Shown here in pieces: positions 19,377 through 29,725 of a DNA stretch of 64,000 nt. Source of the DNA: a bacterium (GTDB taxonomy: Bacteria > Desulfobacterota > Binatia > DP-6); contig JAHCID010000002.1 of the NCBI GenBank assembly GCA_026129405.1, forward strand, positions 652,333 through 716,332, read 5' to 3'. Position numbers and translations under genes: made by a program. The notes below the pieces were generated by a model that ran no database searches, was not told where the DNA came from, and worked only from the letters and a program-made list of their open reading frames with translations. Within the stretch, counting starts at the first letter, position 1, and every line of letters begins with the position of its first letter.

Positions 19377-22300
19377 TCAGGCCAGCGCGACGACGAGGAC
19401 GTCGTGCGGCCCGCCGAGGCGGGCGCGCAGCGTCGCCGTCGACACCACCGCGCCGCCGGTCCGGTACGGATTCGCCTCGCGCTCGAACGGCAGCGGGGCG
19501 CCGTTCAGCGTGAGCGCCGCCGGGCCTGCGCCCCGGCGCGCGACGCGGTACTCGATCCGCACGCGCCGGCCCGCCAGCGTCGCGTCGAGCGCGAGCCCGT
19601 CGAGCGCGCGCGGCAGCACCGGGTCGATCACCGTCGCCGAGCGCCCGTGCCGCAGGCCGAAGAGACGCTGGTGGATCAGGCGGCAGGCGATGCCGGCGCC
19701 GCTCGAGTAGACCCGCCAGCCGCCCTCGACCGGGATCGTGCCGGCGCGCACGTCGGCGTAGCGCGCCTGCGCCTCGTAGCGGTCGGCGACCGCGGCGTCG
19801 GAGCTCGAGGTGTAGCAGCTCGCCTGGCGCAGGCGCGCGTTCGGCACGACGTCGCGGAGCCCGATCGGCACCGCCTGTCGCAGCGCCAGCCAGAAGGCGT
19901 CGGCGTCGCCGTAGCGGGCCATCGCCTCGGCGTAGCGGAGGTGTGCGTGCACGTACATGATCCCGATCTCGCGTCCGAAGTACGAGCTCGTCTCGGCGCG
20001 CTGGAAGACGCGCTGTACGCCGCCTCGATACGTCGGCGGACGGTCGAAGAGGCGGGCGCCGTCGGCGGCGAGGAGATGCGCGCGCATGAGCTCGACGTGC
20101 CGCGCGGCCTGCTCGGGCGTGAGGAGATCGTCGATGATCGCGTGGATCATCGGCAGGAGCCGGTAGCGGATCCCCGTGCGCGCGTCCTGCGGGTGCAGCA
20201 GCGGCTCGACGCCGCCGTCCTCGTGGAACCAGGCGAAGCCGGCGAGCGTGCCGTCGACCAGGAGGAGGCGCTGGAAGTCGGTCCGGGTCCCGGCCGCCAG
20301 GTCGTCGAGCGGCCCGGCCAGCGCCTCGCGGCCGACGTGACGCAGCGCCGCCGCCAGCGTCGTCGCGGTCTGGTGCTGGAGCGTCACCGTCCAGCTGCTG
20401 CACAGGCGCTCGCGCATCACCGGATCGACCGGCTGGAGCGAGTCGTTCCAGTCGCCGTGCCCGTAGGCGACCAGGCGCGTGCCCGGGATCCGGCGCGCGG
20501 CGATCGCCGCCAGCGCGCGCTCGACGTGGGCGAGGACGGTGCCGCGCTCGGCGCGGTCGTCGCCGCCGGGGTGGAAGAACGGCAGCTCGGCGTCGAGGAT
20601 GCCGCCGTCGTCGGACGCGAGCACGTACTGCGCCAGGGCCAGCACCGGCCAGAAGACGATGTCGCCGTGCGCGTCGGGGGCGCGGATGCCGCGGTCGCGG
20701 GCGAAGAACGTCCACCACTGCGGCCAGTCGCCGTCGGGGTTCTGGTTCGCGAAGACGAGCAGGAGCAGGGCGCGCAGCTCGTCGAAGCGGCCGAGCGCGA
20801 GCAGCAGCTCGACCGGCCCCTGGCAGACGTCGCGCGTGCCCCAGCCGCCGCCCGAGTACTGCTCGAGCCCGCGCGGCGCGAGGAAGTGCACGAGGGCGTC
20901 GTGCGCGAACCAGGGTAGGATCTCGACCACGCCGGCGGCGGGGCTCGCCGGCACCGGCAGCGCGACGTCGCCCGCCATCGCGCGCCAGAACGCCTCGCCC
21001 GCGGCCGCGTCGTCCGGCGCCGCGTCCTGCACGCGCTCGTCGGCGACGAGCCCCGCGGTGACGTGGAACGCGAGCGTGGTGGCGGGCGCGGTGACCAGCA
21101 CGAGATACGGCTCGCCGCGCGACTGCCCGTCGGCGAACAGCGCCTCGTCGCCGGCGACGCGCGCCAGCACGCCCGGGGCGGCGTCGATACGCACGACGCC
21201 GGCGGGGAACCGCCGCCCCATGTCGGTGTCGGGATCGGTGTGCAGCAGCACCGCGTCGCCGTCGCGGGCGACGCGCGGGGGGCGCGGCTCGAGTCCGTCG
21301 TCGCCGCCGAGCGCGATCTGGTGCGAGAGGAGGAAGCGGCGGGGCGGGCCGCCCTCGACGTCGACGGTGAGCGTCAGGGCGTGGCGCGTGGTCGCCGCGG
21401 CGCTGGCGATGCGCACGACGCCGTCGGGCAGCGCGTACGCCCAGCGGCAGCCGGACGGCGTGGTCTCGAAGAGCGACGGCAGGCCGAGCCGATGCCAGCC
21501 GTCCGCGCGCTCGACGAAGAGGCGCAGGCCGCCCGCGACCGTGAGCCCGAGGTACGAGCGCACCGTCGAGAGGACGCGGTTGATGTTCACGTGCCCTTGC
21601 GTGACGAGCGAGTGGAACACGCCGTCCATCCACGCCGTCGAGGTGAGCGACGCCTCCTCGGGGGCGAGGCGGTCGCCCGTACGCACGATGTGCCCGTGCG
21701 GGCGCAGGCAGCGTCGCTCCTTGGCGGGGAGGACGACGTGGGTATGGGCGGCGGTGAAGAACGACAGCAGGGTGTCGCCGTCGCGCTCGACGTGGCGGCG
21801 CTCCCCGGGCCGCAGGAGGTCGAGCGCGGCGTCGTCGAGGTCGGCGCCGGCGATCACCGGCCGCGCGCTGAACAGCGTCGGCGTCGGCGGCGTGCCGGCG
21901 TCCGCTGCGGGCCACGCCGGCGCCGCCGCCTCGGGCAGGGCGAGGGCACGATCGACGAGCGCGACGTCGGCGTCGGCGGTGGGCGCCGGGTGGTGCGGCT
22001 CGAGCCAGCCGAAGAAGCCGCGTGTGCCGGCCGCGCCCGGCGCGAGCGTCGTGGCCTCGTCCTGGAGCACCGCCATCGCGTGCTCGTGCTGGAGGCGGCG
22101 GCTCGGCAGGTCGCCCGCCAGCGCCGCGGGCGCGTCGCCCACCCGCGTCGCGAGCCCGTGCAGCTGGAGCGCGTCGGTCGCCCAGGCGACGCCGCGGCCG
22201 AGCGCCCCGACGAGCAGCCACGGGTTGCGATCGCCGACGGCCAGATTCTGGCGCACCGCGAGCGCGACGCCGCGCGCGGGGTGGGACAGCGCGACGTGAT

Positions 22301-22742
22301 CGAGGTACTGGCTCACGTAGTACTCGTTCATGCGGATGGCGCCGTACGGCGCCAGCGACACGTCCTGCGCGTGCACGACGTCGACGCGCACCGGCGTCGC
22401 GCCCGCGTTCTCGAGGCGCACGTGCCAGAACCACGCCGGCGCCGAGCGAGCGAGCACGAGGGCCACGGCGAAGCGGATGCCGTCCCACTCGCCGCAGACG
22501 CGGAGCCCGGCCGCGTCGAGCACGATGCGGCCGGGGCTGCGCGGCCCGAGGAGCGGTACCGGCGCGAGCGCCGCGCCGTGGCGGCGCAGCCACAGGTTCG
22601 CCGGCCCGCCCTCCATCTCGGTGCCCGGGAACGTGTTCACTACCACGTCGCGGTGCTCCAGGCGCCGCAGGGAGCCGTTGCGGTTCACGACCGCGGCCAG
22701 CCCCGAGGGACTCTCGAGCCGCACCGGCCCGGGCGTGCTCAT
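19377..22742 (-). CDS. large (α/α)6-barrel glycoside hydrolase/phosphorylase-like protein (GH94 / cellobiose-chitobiose phosphorylase-like C-terminal domain)
   Basis: Real start MSTPGPVRLESPSG… (ATG 22742-22740), ~1121 aa. C-terminal half carries …YGHGDWNDSL… and …NPDGDWPQWW… motifs of the (α/α)6 glycosidase/phosphorylase fold. The upstream 860 codons of ORF 19377..25319 are Arg-rich antisense of the ABC gene. Confidence 0.6.
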   Translation of the reverse strand: MSTPGPVRLESPSGLAAVVNRNGSLRRLEHRDVVVNTFPGTEMEGGPANLWLRRHGAALAPVPLLGPRSPGRIVLDAAGLRVCGEWDGIRFAVALVLARSAPAWFWHVRLENAGATPVRVDVVHAQDVSLAPYGAIRMNEYYVSQYLDHVALSHPARGVALAVRQNLAVGDRNPWLLVGALGRGVAWATDALQLHGLATRVGDAPAALAGDLPSRRLQHEHAMAVLQDEATTLAPGAAGTRGFFGWLEPHHPAPTADADVALVDRALALPEAAAPAWPAADAGTPPTPTLFSARPVIAGADLDDAALDLLRPGERRHVERDGDTLLSFFTAAHTHVVLPAKERRCLRPHGHIVRTGDRLAPEEASLTSTAWMDGVFHSLVTQGHVNINRVLSTVRSYLGLTVAGGLRLFVERADGWHRLGLPSLFETTPSGCRWAYALPDGVVRIASAAATTRHALTLTVDVEGGPPRRFLLSHQIALGGDDGLEPRPPRVARDGDAVLLHTDPDTDMGRRFPAGVVRIDAAPGVLARVAGDEALFADGQSRGEPYLVLVTAPATTLAFHVTAGLVADERVQDAAPDDAAAGEAFWRAMAGDVALPVPASPAAGVVEILPWFAHDALVHFLAPRGLEQYSGGGWGTRDVCQGPVELLLALGRFDELRALLLLVFANQNPDGDWPQWWTFFARDRGIRAPDAHGDIVFWPVLALAQYVLASDDGGILDAELPFFHPGGDDRAERGTVLAHVERALAAIAARRIPGTRLVAYGHGDWNDSLQPVDPVMRERLCSSWTVTLQHQTATTLAAALRHVGREALAGPLDDLAAGTRTDFQRLLLVDGTLAGFAWFHEDGGVEPLLHPQDARTGIRYRLLPMIHAIIDDLLTPEQAARHVELMRAHLLAADGARLFDRPPTYRGGVQRVFQRAETSSYFGREIGIMYVHAHLRYAEAMARYGDADAFWLALRQAVPIGLRDVVPNARLRQASCYTSSSDAAVADRYEAQARYADVRAGTIPVEGGWRVYSSGAGIACRLIHQRLFGLRHGRSATVIDPVLPRALDGLALDATLAGRRVRIEYRVARRGAGPAALTLNGAPLPFEREANPYRTGGAVVSTATLRARLGGPHDVLVVALA

Positions 22743-24478
22743 GGCGCGCTCGCCCGCCGCGCCTCGCCCTCGACGACGACGCCGTCGCGGATCGGCTTCC
22801 AGCTCCAGCTCCCGTCGGCGGCGACCTCGAGCAGCGCGTCGTGCTCGGCCACGTGGTTCTCCTCCTCGTCGATCCCGGTGAAGGTGATGCAAGTCACGGT
22901 ACACGCGCAGAGCGCCTGGAGGGCCATCGTGATGTGCTCGCGCTCGAGCGTGCGGCTCGGGTTGTCGAGGATCACGAACGAGGGCCGCGACAGCAGCACG
23001 CGCGCGATCGCGAGCAGCTCCTGCTCGCGCAGCGAGAGGACGTCGCTCCAATCCTCCTCGCGATCGAGCCCGCCGACGCGCTCCACGATGCGCTCGGCGC
23101 CGAGCTGGCGCAGCACGCCGGACGGCTCCGCGTCGCCGGCGCCGTCTCCGTGCAGCTCGCCGACGAGCACCTGCCGGAGCGTACCCGGCGGCAGGTAGGG
23201 TCGCTCGGGCAGGAAGGCGAGGTCCCCGAGCGGCGGCCGCACGATGCGGCCCTCGCCCGAGTGGAAGATGTCGGCCGTCGCGTGCAGCAGCGCGGTGCGG
23301 GCGGTGCCGTCCGTCGCGCGTACGAGGAGGCGGACGCCGCGCGGCGTGTCGACGTCGAGGTCGCGCACGAGGACGCGCCCGTCGCGCGGGCTCCGCAGCG
23401 TCAGGTGCTCCCACGCCACCCGCTTCCCGTCCTCGACGACGGTGAGGCCGTCGGCGGCGGCGCCGGGCGTGAGCGCGTCGATCAGCACGTTCAGCCGGGC
23501 CATGACCGCGGCGTACGACGTCAGCGTCTGGAACTGCGTGACCACCAGCGAGAACGCGCCGAGCAGCGTCGAGAACGCCATCGCCGCCTGCGTGACCGCG
23601 CCGAACGGCACGTCGCCGCGCATGAACATCGGCGCGACGATGAGTGCCGGGATGATCTGGATCATGTAGTTGTAGCCGGTCGTGAAGAAGCCGACGTTGC
23701 GCGACACGTCGATGATGCGGCGCTGGTTCGCGATCAGCGCCCCGATCTGGTGGAGGAGGCGTCGCAGCAGCCGTGGCTCGCGGTGCTGGAGCGCGATCGC
23801 GTCGGCGTTCTCGCGCACGTGGATCAGCTGCGCGCGGAAGTCGGCTTCGCGGTCGGCCTGCGCATAGTTGAGCGGCACCAGACGGCGTCCGAGGGCGATG
23901 GTGACCACCGAGCCGACGGCCGCGTAGACGAAGCCGACCACGAACAGCAGGCGGCTGATCGACCACAGCACGCCCGAGAACGCGATCACGGTGATCGTCC
24001 CGTTCAGCAGCATGAGGCTCACCGACAGCGTCATGGTGACGAACGTCCGGACGTCCTCCGAGATGCGCTGGTCGGGGTTCGGCAGCCCGAGACGCACGAA
24101 GGAGCGGCCGCGGAGATAGATGCCGACGACCCGCCGGGTGAGCCAGTCGCGCCACACCAGGCCGAGGATGTCCTGGGTGTAGCTCGCGAGCACCGCCGCC
24201 ACCGTCGAGGCCGCGAACACCGCCACGTAGAGCAGCGCCTCGCGGAAGAACCCGGCCCGGTCCCGGGTCTCGATCGCCGTCATGAAGTCGCGGCCGACGT
24301 AGCTGTTGACGACGTTGAGGCCGTTGATGGCGAGGAAGATGAGCAGGAGCGCGACGCACAGGAAGATCGCCTTGCCGCGCACCTCGCTGGTGAGGAGGTT
24401 GCGGATGGCATTGACGAAGTGCCGCCAGGTCTGTCGGGAGAGCCTGCTCTGCTTCGGGCCGGTGGCGGCGAGAGTCAT
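22739..24478 (-). CDS. ABC transporter, fused permease / nucleotide-binding protein with degenerate Walker A, signature and Walker B motifs
   Basis: Six TM segments, then an NBD-like domain where Walker A reads RATDGTARTALL (no GK[ST]), the signature reads LSLREQELL (vs LSGGQ) and Walker B reads FVILDNPS (no catalytic Glu). 4-nt overlap with the downstream GH94-like gene. Confidence 0.7.
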   Translation of the reverse strand: MTLAATGPKQSRLSRQTWRHFVNAIRNLLTSEVRGKAIFLCVALLLIFLAINGLNVVNSYVGRDFMTAIETRDRAGFFREALLYVAVFAASTVAAVLASYTQDILGLVWRDWLTRRVVGIYLRGRSFVRLGLPNPDQRISEDVRTFVTMTLSVSLMLLNGTITVIAFSGVLWSISRLLFVVGFVYAAVGSVVTIALGRRLVPLNYAQADREADFRAQLIHVRENADAIALQHREPRLLRRLLHQIGALIANQRRIIDVSRNVGFFTTGYNYMIQIIPALIVAPMFMRGDVPFGAVTQAAMAFSTLLGAFSLVVTQFQTLTSYAAVMARLNVLIDALTPGAAADGLTVVEDGKRVAWEHLTLRSPRDGRVLVRDLDVDTPRGVRLLVRATDGTARTALLHATADIFHSGEGRIVRPPLGDLAFLPERPYLPPGTLRQVLVGELHGDGAGDAEPSGVLRQLGAERIVERVGGLDREEDWSDVLSLREQELLAIARVLLSRPSFVILDNPSRTLEREHITMALQALCACTVTCITFTGIDEEENHVAEHDALLEVAADGSWSWKPIRDGVVVEGEARRASAP

Positions 24479-24588
24479 GGGGTGCGCGGCCTCCTCTGTA
24501 GCGCACTCGACGCCGGGGCCGCGAGCAGCTCGGGTTGCCGGCCGCAGGGGCGTCGTCTAAGGCTCGCGCAGCGCCGGTGGGCGCCCGC

Positions 24589-27500
24589 ATGGCGGATATC
24601 CTGCGCGACGACTTCACCGACCTCTCCGGGTGGCAGACGATCGCCTCCGGACTCGCCCGCCTGGGCCTCTCGCCGGACGACGGGCCCGACGGCGCGCGCG
24701 CCATGCGCCTCGACTTCGACTTCGCCGGCGGCGGCGGCTTCGTGGTGGCGCGCAAGGAGCTGGCGCTGCGTCTGCCCGAGACCTGGGCGCTCGTCTTCGC
24801 GCTGCGCGGCGTCGGGCCGCGCAACCGGCTCGAGATCAAGCTCGCCGCGCCGGGCGGGGAGAACGTCTGGTGGTATTGCGAGGAGGCGTTCGCGCTGCCG
24901 GCGCAGTGGCAGCCGATGGCGATCCGCTCGCGCGAGCTCGAGTTCGCGTGGGGCCCCGCGGGCGGCGGCGCGATCACGGACGTCGCCGCCATCGAGATCG
25001 CGCTCGCGGCCGGCCCCGGCGGCCGCGGCAGCGTCCGGCTCGCCGATCTGCGCTTCGAGGACCGCACGGTCCGCGCGGCGCCCGTCGTACGCGCGTCGAG
25101 CGCGCTGCCGGGCCACGGGCCGGAGCGGCTCTTCGCCGCCGCGCCCGAGGCGGGCTGGCGGAGCGCGGGCGGCGCGCCGCAGTGGCTCGCGGTCGACTTC
25201 CAAGGGGAGCGCGAGTACGGCGGCCTCGTCCTCCACTGGGAGGACGGCCGGCGCGCGCGCGCGTTTCGCGTGCGGACCTCGAACGACGGCGCCGCCTGGC
25301 GGACGGCGCACACGACCACGCACGCCGACGCCGAGCGGAGCTGGGTCTACATGCCCGGCACCGCGGCGCGCTTCCTGCGCCTCGAGCTCGACGAGAGCGC
25401 CGGCGACGGCTTCGGCCTCACGCGGGTCGAGGTACGTCCGTACGAGTTCTCGCGCTCGCTCGACAGCTTCTTCCGCGCCGTCGCGGCCGATCAGCCGCGC
25501 GGCGACCATCCCCGCTGGCTCGCCGGCGAGCAGAGCTACTGGACGCCGATCGGCCTCGCCGACGGCGACGCCTGTGCCCTCGTCGACGAGGAGGGGCGCA
25601 TCGAGGTCGACCGCGGCACGTTCTCGCTGGAGCCCTTCCTCCACCTGGACGGCACGCTCGTCACCTGGGCCGACGCCGCGGTCACGCAGGAGCTCGAGGA
25701 CGGCTGCCTGCCGATCCCGTCGTCGGTGTGGCGCCTGCGCGGGCTCGTGCTCCGCACCACCGCGTGCGCAGCGCGGGTCGACGGCCGGCCCGTGCTCTTC
25801 GTCCGCTACCGCCTCGAGCAGGACGGTCCCGCGCGCACGGTGCGGCTGTTCGTCGCCGCCCGGCCGTTCCAGGTGACGCCGCCGTGGCAGGCGTTCGGCA
25901 CGCTCGGCGGCACGAGCCCGATCCGCACCATCGCGGCGTCGGCGCACGGCCTGCGCGTCGACGCCGCGCGCACGGTGCACGCGCTGACGCCGGCCGGCGG
26001 CGGGGGCGTCGCGACCTTCGACCAGGGCGGCGTCGTCGCGCACCTCCACGCGGGCGACGTGCCGCCGCGGGCGCAGGTCGCGGACGCCTTCGGCTTCGCA
26101 TCGGGCGCGCTGCGCTTCGACGTCGTGCTGCCGGCGGGCGGCGCGGGCGAGGTCCACCTGGCGATCCCGTTCGGCACGACGGCGGACGCGGAGCACGCGC
26201 TACCGCCGGGCATACGCGGCGACGCGGTGCTGGACGCCGTCCGGCGCGAATGGCGCGAGCGCCTCGGTCGGGTGACCGTGGCGCTGCCGGAGCCCCGGCG
26301 GGCGTTCGCCGAGACGATGCGCACGGCCGTCGGCCACGTGCTGGCGCTGCGCGACGGCCCGGCGCTCCAGCCCGGCCCCCGCCGCTACACGCGGGCCTGG
26401 ATCCGCGACGGCGCCATCATGGCGGCGGCGCTGCTGCGCATGGGCTGCGCCGGGGAGGCGCAGGCGTTCGTGCGCTGGTACGCGCCGTTCCAGAAGCCCG
26501 ACGGAGACGTGCCCTGCGTCGTCGATCGCAGCGGGCCGGACTGGCTCGTGGAGCACGACAGCCACGGCGAGCTGGTCTTCGCGGTCGCGGAGTGCGTCCG
26601 CTTCGGCGCCGGGCGCGCCTTCCTCGACGCGCTGTGGCCGGCGGTCGAGCGGGCCGTGGGCTTCCTCACACGCCTGCGCGAGACGCGTCTCGAGCCCGCG
26701 TACGAGACGCCCGAGAAGCGGGCGTTCCGCGGTCTGCTGCCCGAATCCGCGAGCCACGAGGGCTACCTCGCGCATCCGGTGCACGCGTACTGGGACGACT
26801 TCTGGGCCGTCCGCGCCTTCGGCGACGCCGCGTATCTCGCCGCCGTGCGCGGCGACGCGGCCGAGGCCGCGCGCCTGCGCGCGCGGCGCGACGCGATGCG
26901 CGCCGACGTGCGCACGTCGCTCGAGACGACGATCGCGGTGCGCGGGCTCGACTACGTGCCGGGCTCGGTCGAGTGGGCGGACTTCGATCCGACCGCGACC
27001 TCGAATGCGGTCGCGCTCCTGGGCGAGCTGCCGACGCTGCCCCGCGCCGCCACCGCGCAGACCTACGTGAAGTACCTCGCCGGCTTCCGGCAGCGGCGCG
27101 ACGGCACGATGCCGTGGAAGAACTACACCGCCTACGAGGTGCGCATCGTCGGCGCGCTGGTGTGCCTGGGCGAGCGGGACGCGGCCAACGAGCTGGCGGA
27201 GTTCCTGATCGGCGATCGCCGCCCGCCGGCGTGGAACCAGTGGCCGGAGATCTCCTGGCGCGACCCGCGCAGCCCGGGCCACATCGGTGACGTACCACAC
27301 GCCTGGATCGCCGCGGAGTGGGTGCTCTCCCTGCGCACGATGCTGGCATACGAGCGCATGGAGGACGAGGCGCTCGTGGTGGCGCACGGGGTCTCCGCCG
27401 CGTGGCTCGACGAGGGCGAGGTCGTCGTCGACGGGCTCGCCACCTACTGGGGCAGCCTCGGTTTCACGCTCCGCCGCGTCGATGCCCGCACGCTCGCGCT

Positions 27501-27663
27501 CGCGCTGCGCGGCGACGCCGCCCCGCCGGGCGGCGTCGTGCTGCGGCCGCCGCTCGGCGGGACGCTGGTCGCCGTCGAGATCGACGGCACGCCCGTGCGG
27601 AGCGCCGGCGGCGACGCGGTCACCGTCCCGCGCTGCCCGGCGACCGTCACGCTGCGGTGGTGA
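24589..27663 (+). CDS. F5/8 type C (discoidin) domain + GH15-like (α/α)6 glycoside hydrolase
   Basis: N-terminal QWLAVDFQGEREYGGLVLHWEDG…FRVRTSNDGAAW is discoidin-like. The later YTRAWIRDGAIMAAALLRMG matches the glucoamylase/trehalase (GH15) Y-x-x-x-W-(I/V)-R-D signature. Start ATG 24589 (MADILRDD…). Confidence 0.65.
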   Translation: MADILRDDFTDLSGWQTIASGLARLGLSPDDGPDGARAMRLDFDFAGGGGFVVARKELALRLPETWALVFALRGVGPRNRLEIKLAAPGGENVWWYCEEAFALPAQWQPMAIRSRELEFAWGPAGGGAITDVAAIEIALAAGPGGRGSVRLADLRFEDRTVRAAPVVRASSALPGHGPERLFAAAPEAGWRSAGGAPQWLAVDFQGEREYGGLVLHWEDGRRARAFRVRTSNDGAAWRTAHTTTHADAERSWVYMPGTAARFLRLELDESAGDGFGLTRVEVRPYEFSRSLDSFFRAVAADQPRGDHPRWLAGEQSYWTPIGLADGDACALVDEEGRIEVDRGTFSLEPFLHLDGTLVTWADAAVTQELEDGCLPIPSSVWRLRGLVLRTTACAARVDGRPVLFVRYRLEQDGPARTVRLFVAARPFQVTPPWQAFGTLGGTSPIRTIAASAHGLRVDAARTVHALTPAGGGGVATFDQGGVVAHLHAGDVPPRAQVADAFGFASGALRFDVVLPAGGAGEVHLAIPFGTTADAEHALPPGIRGDAVLDAVRREWRERLGRVTVALPEPRRAFAETMRTAVGHVLALRDGPALQPGPRRYTRAWIRDGAIMAAALLRMGCAGEAQAFVRWYAPFQKPDGDVPCVVDRSGPDWLVEHDSHGELVFAVAECVRFGAGRAFLDALWPAVERAVGFLTRLRETRLEPAYETPEKRAFRGLLPESASHEGYLAHPVHAYWDDFWAVRAFGDAAYLAAVRGDAAEAARLRARRDAMRADVRTSLETTIAVRGLDYVPGSVEWADFDPTATSNAVALLGELPTLPRAATAQTYVKYLAGFRQRRDGTMPWKNYTAYEVRIVGALVCLGERDAANELAEFLIGDRRPPAWNQWPEISWRDPRSPGHIGDVPHAWIAAEWVLSLRTMLAYERMEDEALVVAHGVSAAWLDEGEVVVDGLATYWGSLGFTLRRVDARTLALALRGDAAPPGGVVLRPPLGGTLVAVEIDGTPVRSAGGDAVTVPRCPATVTLRW

Positions 27664-27794
27664 TCGCCGCGACCTGGCGTCGGCGCGTGCGCCGGCGGAG
27701 CGCGCGCCAGCCCGCCACGAGCGTCTCCCCCGGCGGCGTCGCCGAGCCGCGCCGCACGAGCTCGGCCGCGCTTTGCGGCGACGCAGAATTTTAC

Positions 27795-27807
27795 TGGCCA
27801 ATGGCCA
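27795..27807. promoter_or_regulatory. TGGCCAaTGGCCA near-palindrome in an AT-richer stretch immediately upstream of the sulfatase gene
   Basis: Read directly; local GC drops (…cagaattttactggccaatggccatgatcccacggtatagcgc…) 30-40 nt before ATG 27836, which has no SD. Confidence 0.25.
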
Positions 27808-27835
27808 TGATCCCACGGTATAGCGCGCCCACAGC

Positions 27836-29725
27836 ATGGGAACCGACGGGTCGCGTCCACACCTCCGCTTCCCGTCGGGGCTCGTCGCCGCCGGGTGTCT
27901 GGCTCTGCTCCTCGGTGCGCCGGCGACGCGGGCTGCAGAGGTGCCGCCGCCCGGGCAGGTGCTGGTGCGCAAGCTCCAGGTGACGGCCGCGTCCGAGGGC
28001 ACCACGTCGGGCAGCGTCCGGCTCGAGGCCGAGCTGCGCCAGATCGACGTCGTGGCGGCCGTGCAGTCCGGTGCGCTGCGCCTGCGCGTCCAGGACGGCG
28101 CCGCAGTCCGCGTCACCATCGTCCCGAACGGCTGTCGGATCGCGGCGACGAAGGTCGCCTGCCGCAGCCGGGCGAACGGGCTCGCGATGCGGCTGCGCCT
28201 ACGCACCGTCGCGGGCGTGCCGACCTGGGAGCTCCAGCTGGTCGCCAAGCACCTGTCGACCGCCCAGGCCGGCGCGCAGCGGGCGAGGAGTCCCCTGCGC
28301 GTGCTGGTCGACGGCCTCGGACGCGACGCCGTCGTCAACCGCCTCGCGAGCTGTGCGCCGCTGGGCACGCGCGGTCTCGCGTGCGGTGCCTCCCGCCGGC
28401 CGAACGTCATCGTGATCGTGACCGACGACCAGCGCTGGGACTCGCTCGGCTTCATGCCGACGGTCTCGTCGCGGCTGGTGGGCGAGGGCATGCACTTCGA
28501 CAACGCCTTCGTCTCGACGCCGGTGTGCTGCCCGAGCCGGGCGTCGTTCCTCACCGGCCTGTGGGCGCACAACCACGGCACGCTCACCATCTCGCCGCCG
28601 AAGGGCGGGGCGCCGAAGTTCATCGGCCCCGACGCCTCGACGATGGCGACGTGGCTGCGTGCGACCGGCTATCGCACCGGCTTCTTCGGCAAGTACCTCA
28701 ACTCGTACTATCTCATCGGGCCGCCCACGCAGCCCACCTGGTACATCCCGCCGGGGTGGGACCGGTGGCGCGCCATGCGGGCCGAGAGCTACTTCGATTT
28801 CGAGATCGTCACCGAGACCGGCCTCGTGCAGCCCTATGCGGGTCCCGAGAACTACTCGACGGACGTCCTGCGCGATCAGATACTGGCCTTCATCGACGAG
28901 GCGGTGGCGGCCGGGAAGCCGTTCCTGGTGCACTACACGCCGTTCGGCCCGCACGCGGCGCTCAACGCGGTCATCCCGCAGCCCGCTCCCCGTCACGCGG
29001 GGCTGTTCGCCGACCTGGCGCTGCCCATGGGGCCGAGCTTCGAGGAGGTCGACGTCAGCGACAAGCCGCTCGCCATCCGCTCGCTGCCGCTGAACGACCC
29101 GCTGCGCGTGGCGCTCTCGGGCCTCAGCTATCGCGTGACCGCCGAGACCCTCCAGTCGATCGACGAGGCCGTCGCCGCCATCCTCGACCGTCTCGACACC
29201 CTGGGCGTCGATCAGGACACCGTCATCATCTACAGCTCCGACAACGGCTTCACCTTCGGCGAGCACCGCATCCACCTCCAGAAGCTGTGCGAGTTCGAGG
29301 AATGCCTGCGCGTGCCCATGGTGCTGCGCGCGCCGGGCCTCGCGGCGCCGGGTGCGACGAGCCCGCGTCTGGTACAGAACATCGACGTCGCCCCGACCGT
29401 GGCGGCGCTCGCGGGTGTCGTGCCGCCGAACCTGCTCGACGGGCGCAGCGTCGTGCCGCTCCTGCTCGGGGAGACCGCGGGATGGCGCACCGACCTCCTG
29501 TTCGAGCAGTGGCGCGTCCTCAACAGCCGGCAGTTCGTGGCCGTGCGCACCGAGACCTGGAAGTTCGTCGAGGATCGCGACACCGGCGAGCAGGAGCTCT
29601 ACGATCTCGTCGGCGATCCGTACGAGCTCGAGAACCGGGCCGCCGATCCGGGCTATGCCGGGGTGCGAGACACCCTGCGGGCGCGCGCCTATACGCTCTT
29701 CGCCGCCGGCCCCGGCGACCACTGA
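27836..29725 (+). CDS. sulfatase (formylglycine-dependent arylsulfatase family) with a ~190-aa N-terminal extra domain
   Basis: Signal peptide, then C-x-P-S-R motif (PVCCPSRASFLTG) and the downstream G(F/Y)xTGxxGK motif (GYRTGFFGKY). Confidence 0.85.
   Translation: MGTDGSRPHLRFPSGLVAAGCLALLLGAPATRAAEVPPPGQVLVRKLQVTAASEGTTSGSVRLEAELRQIDVVAAVQSGALRLRVQDGAAVRVTIVPNGCRIAATKVACRSRANGLAMRLRLRTVAGVPTWELQLVAKHLSTAQAGAQRARSPLRVLVDGLGRDAVVNRLASCAPLGTRGLACGASRRPNVIVIVTDDQRWDSLGFMPTVSSRLVGEGMHFDNAFVSTPVCCPSRASFLTGLWAHNHGTLTISPPKGGAPKFIGPDASTMATWLRATGYRTGFFGKYLNSYYLIGPPTQPTWYIPPGWDRWRAMRAESYFDFEIVTETGLVQPYAGPENYSTDVLRDQILAFIDEAVAAGKPFLVHYTPFGPHAALNAVIPQPAPRHAGLFADLALPMGPSFEEVDVSDKPLAIRSLPLNDPLRVALSGLSYRVTAETLQSIDEAVAAILDRLDTLGVDQDTVIIYSSDNGFTFGEHRIHLQKLCEFEECLRVPMVLRAPGLAAPGATSPRLVQNIDVAPTVAALAGVVPPNLLDGRSVVPLLLGETAGWRTDLLFEQWRVLNSRQFVAVRTETWKFVEDRDTGEQELYDLVGDPYELENRAADPGYAGVRDTLRARAYTLFAAGPGDH

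Noticed and set aside
19273-25876. ORFs 19273..22593 (-), 20479..22299 (+), 21063..23198 (+), 22022..25876 (+) and 24475..26196 (-)
   Set aside because: Alternative frames or strands of the GH94-like, ABC and GH15 genes; homopolymeric Arg/Ala/Ser composition.
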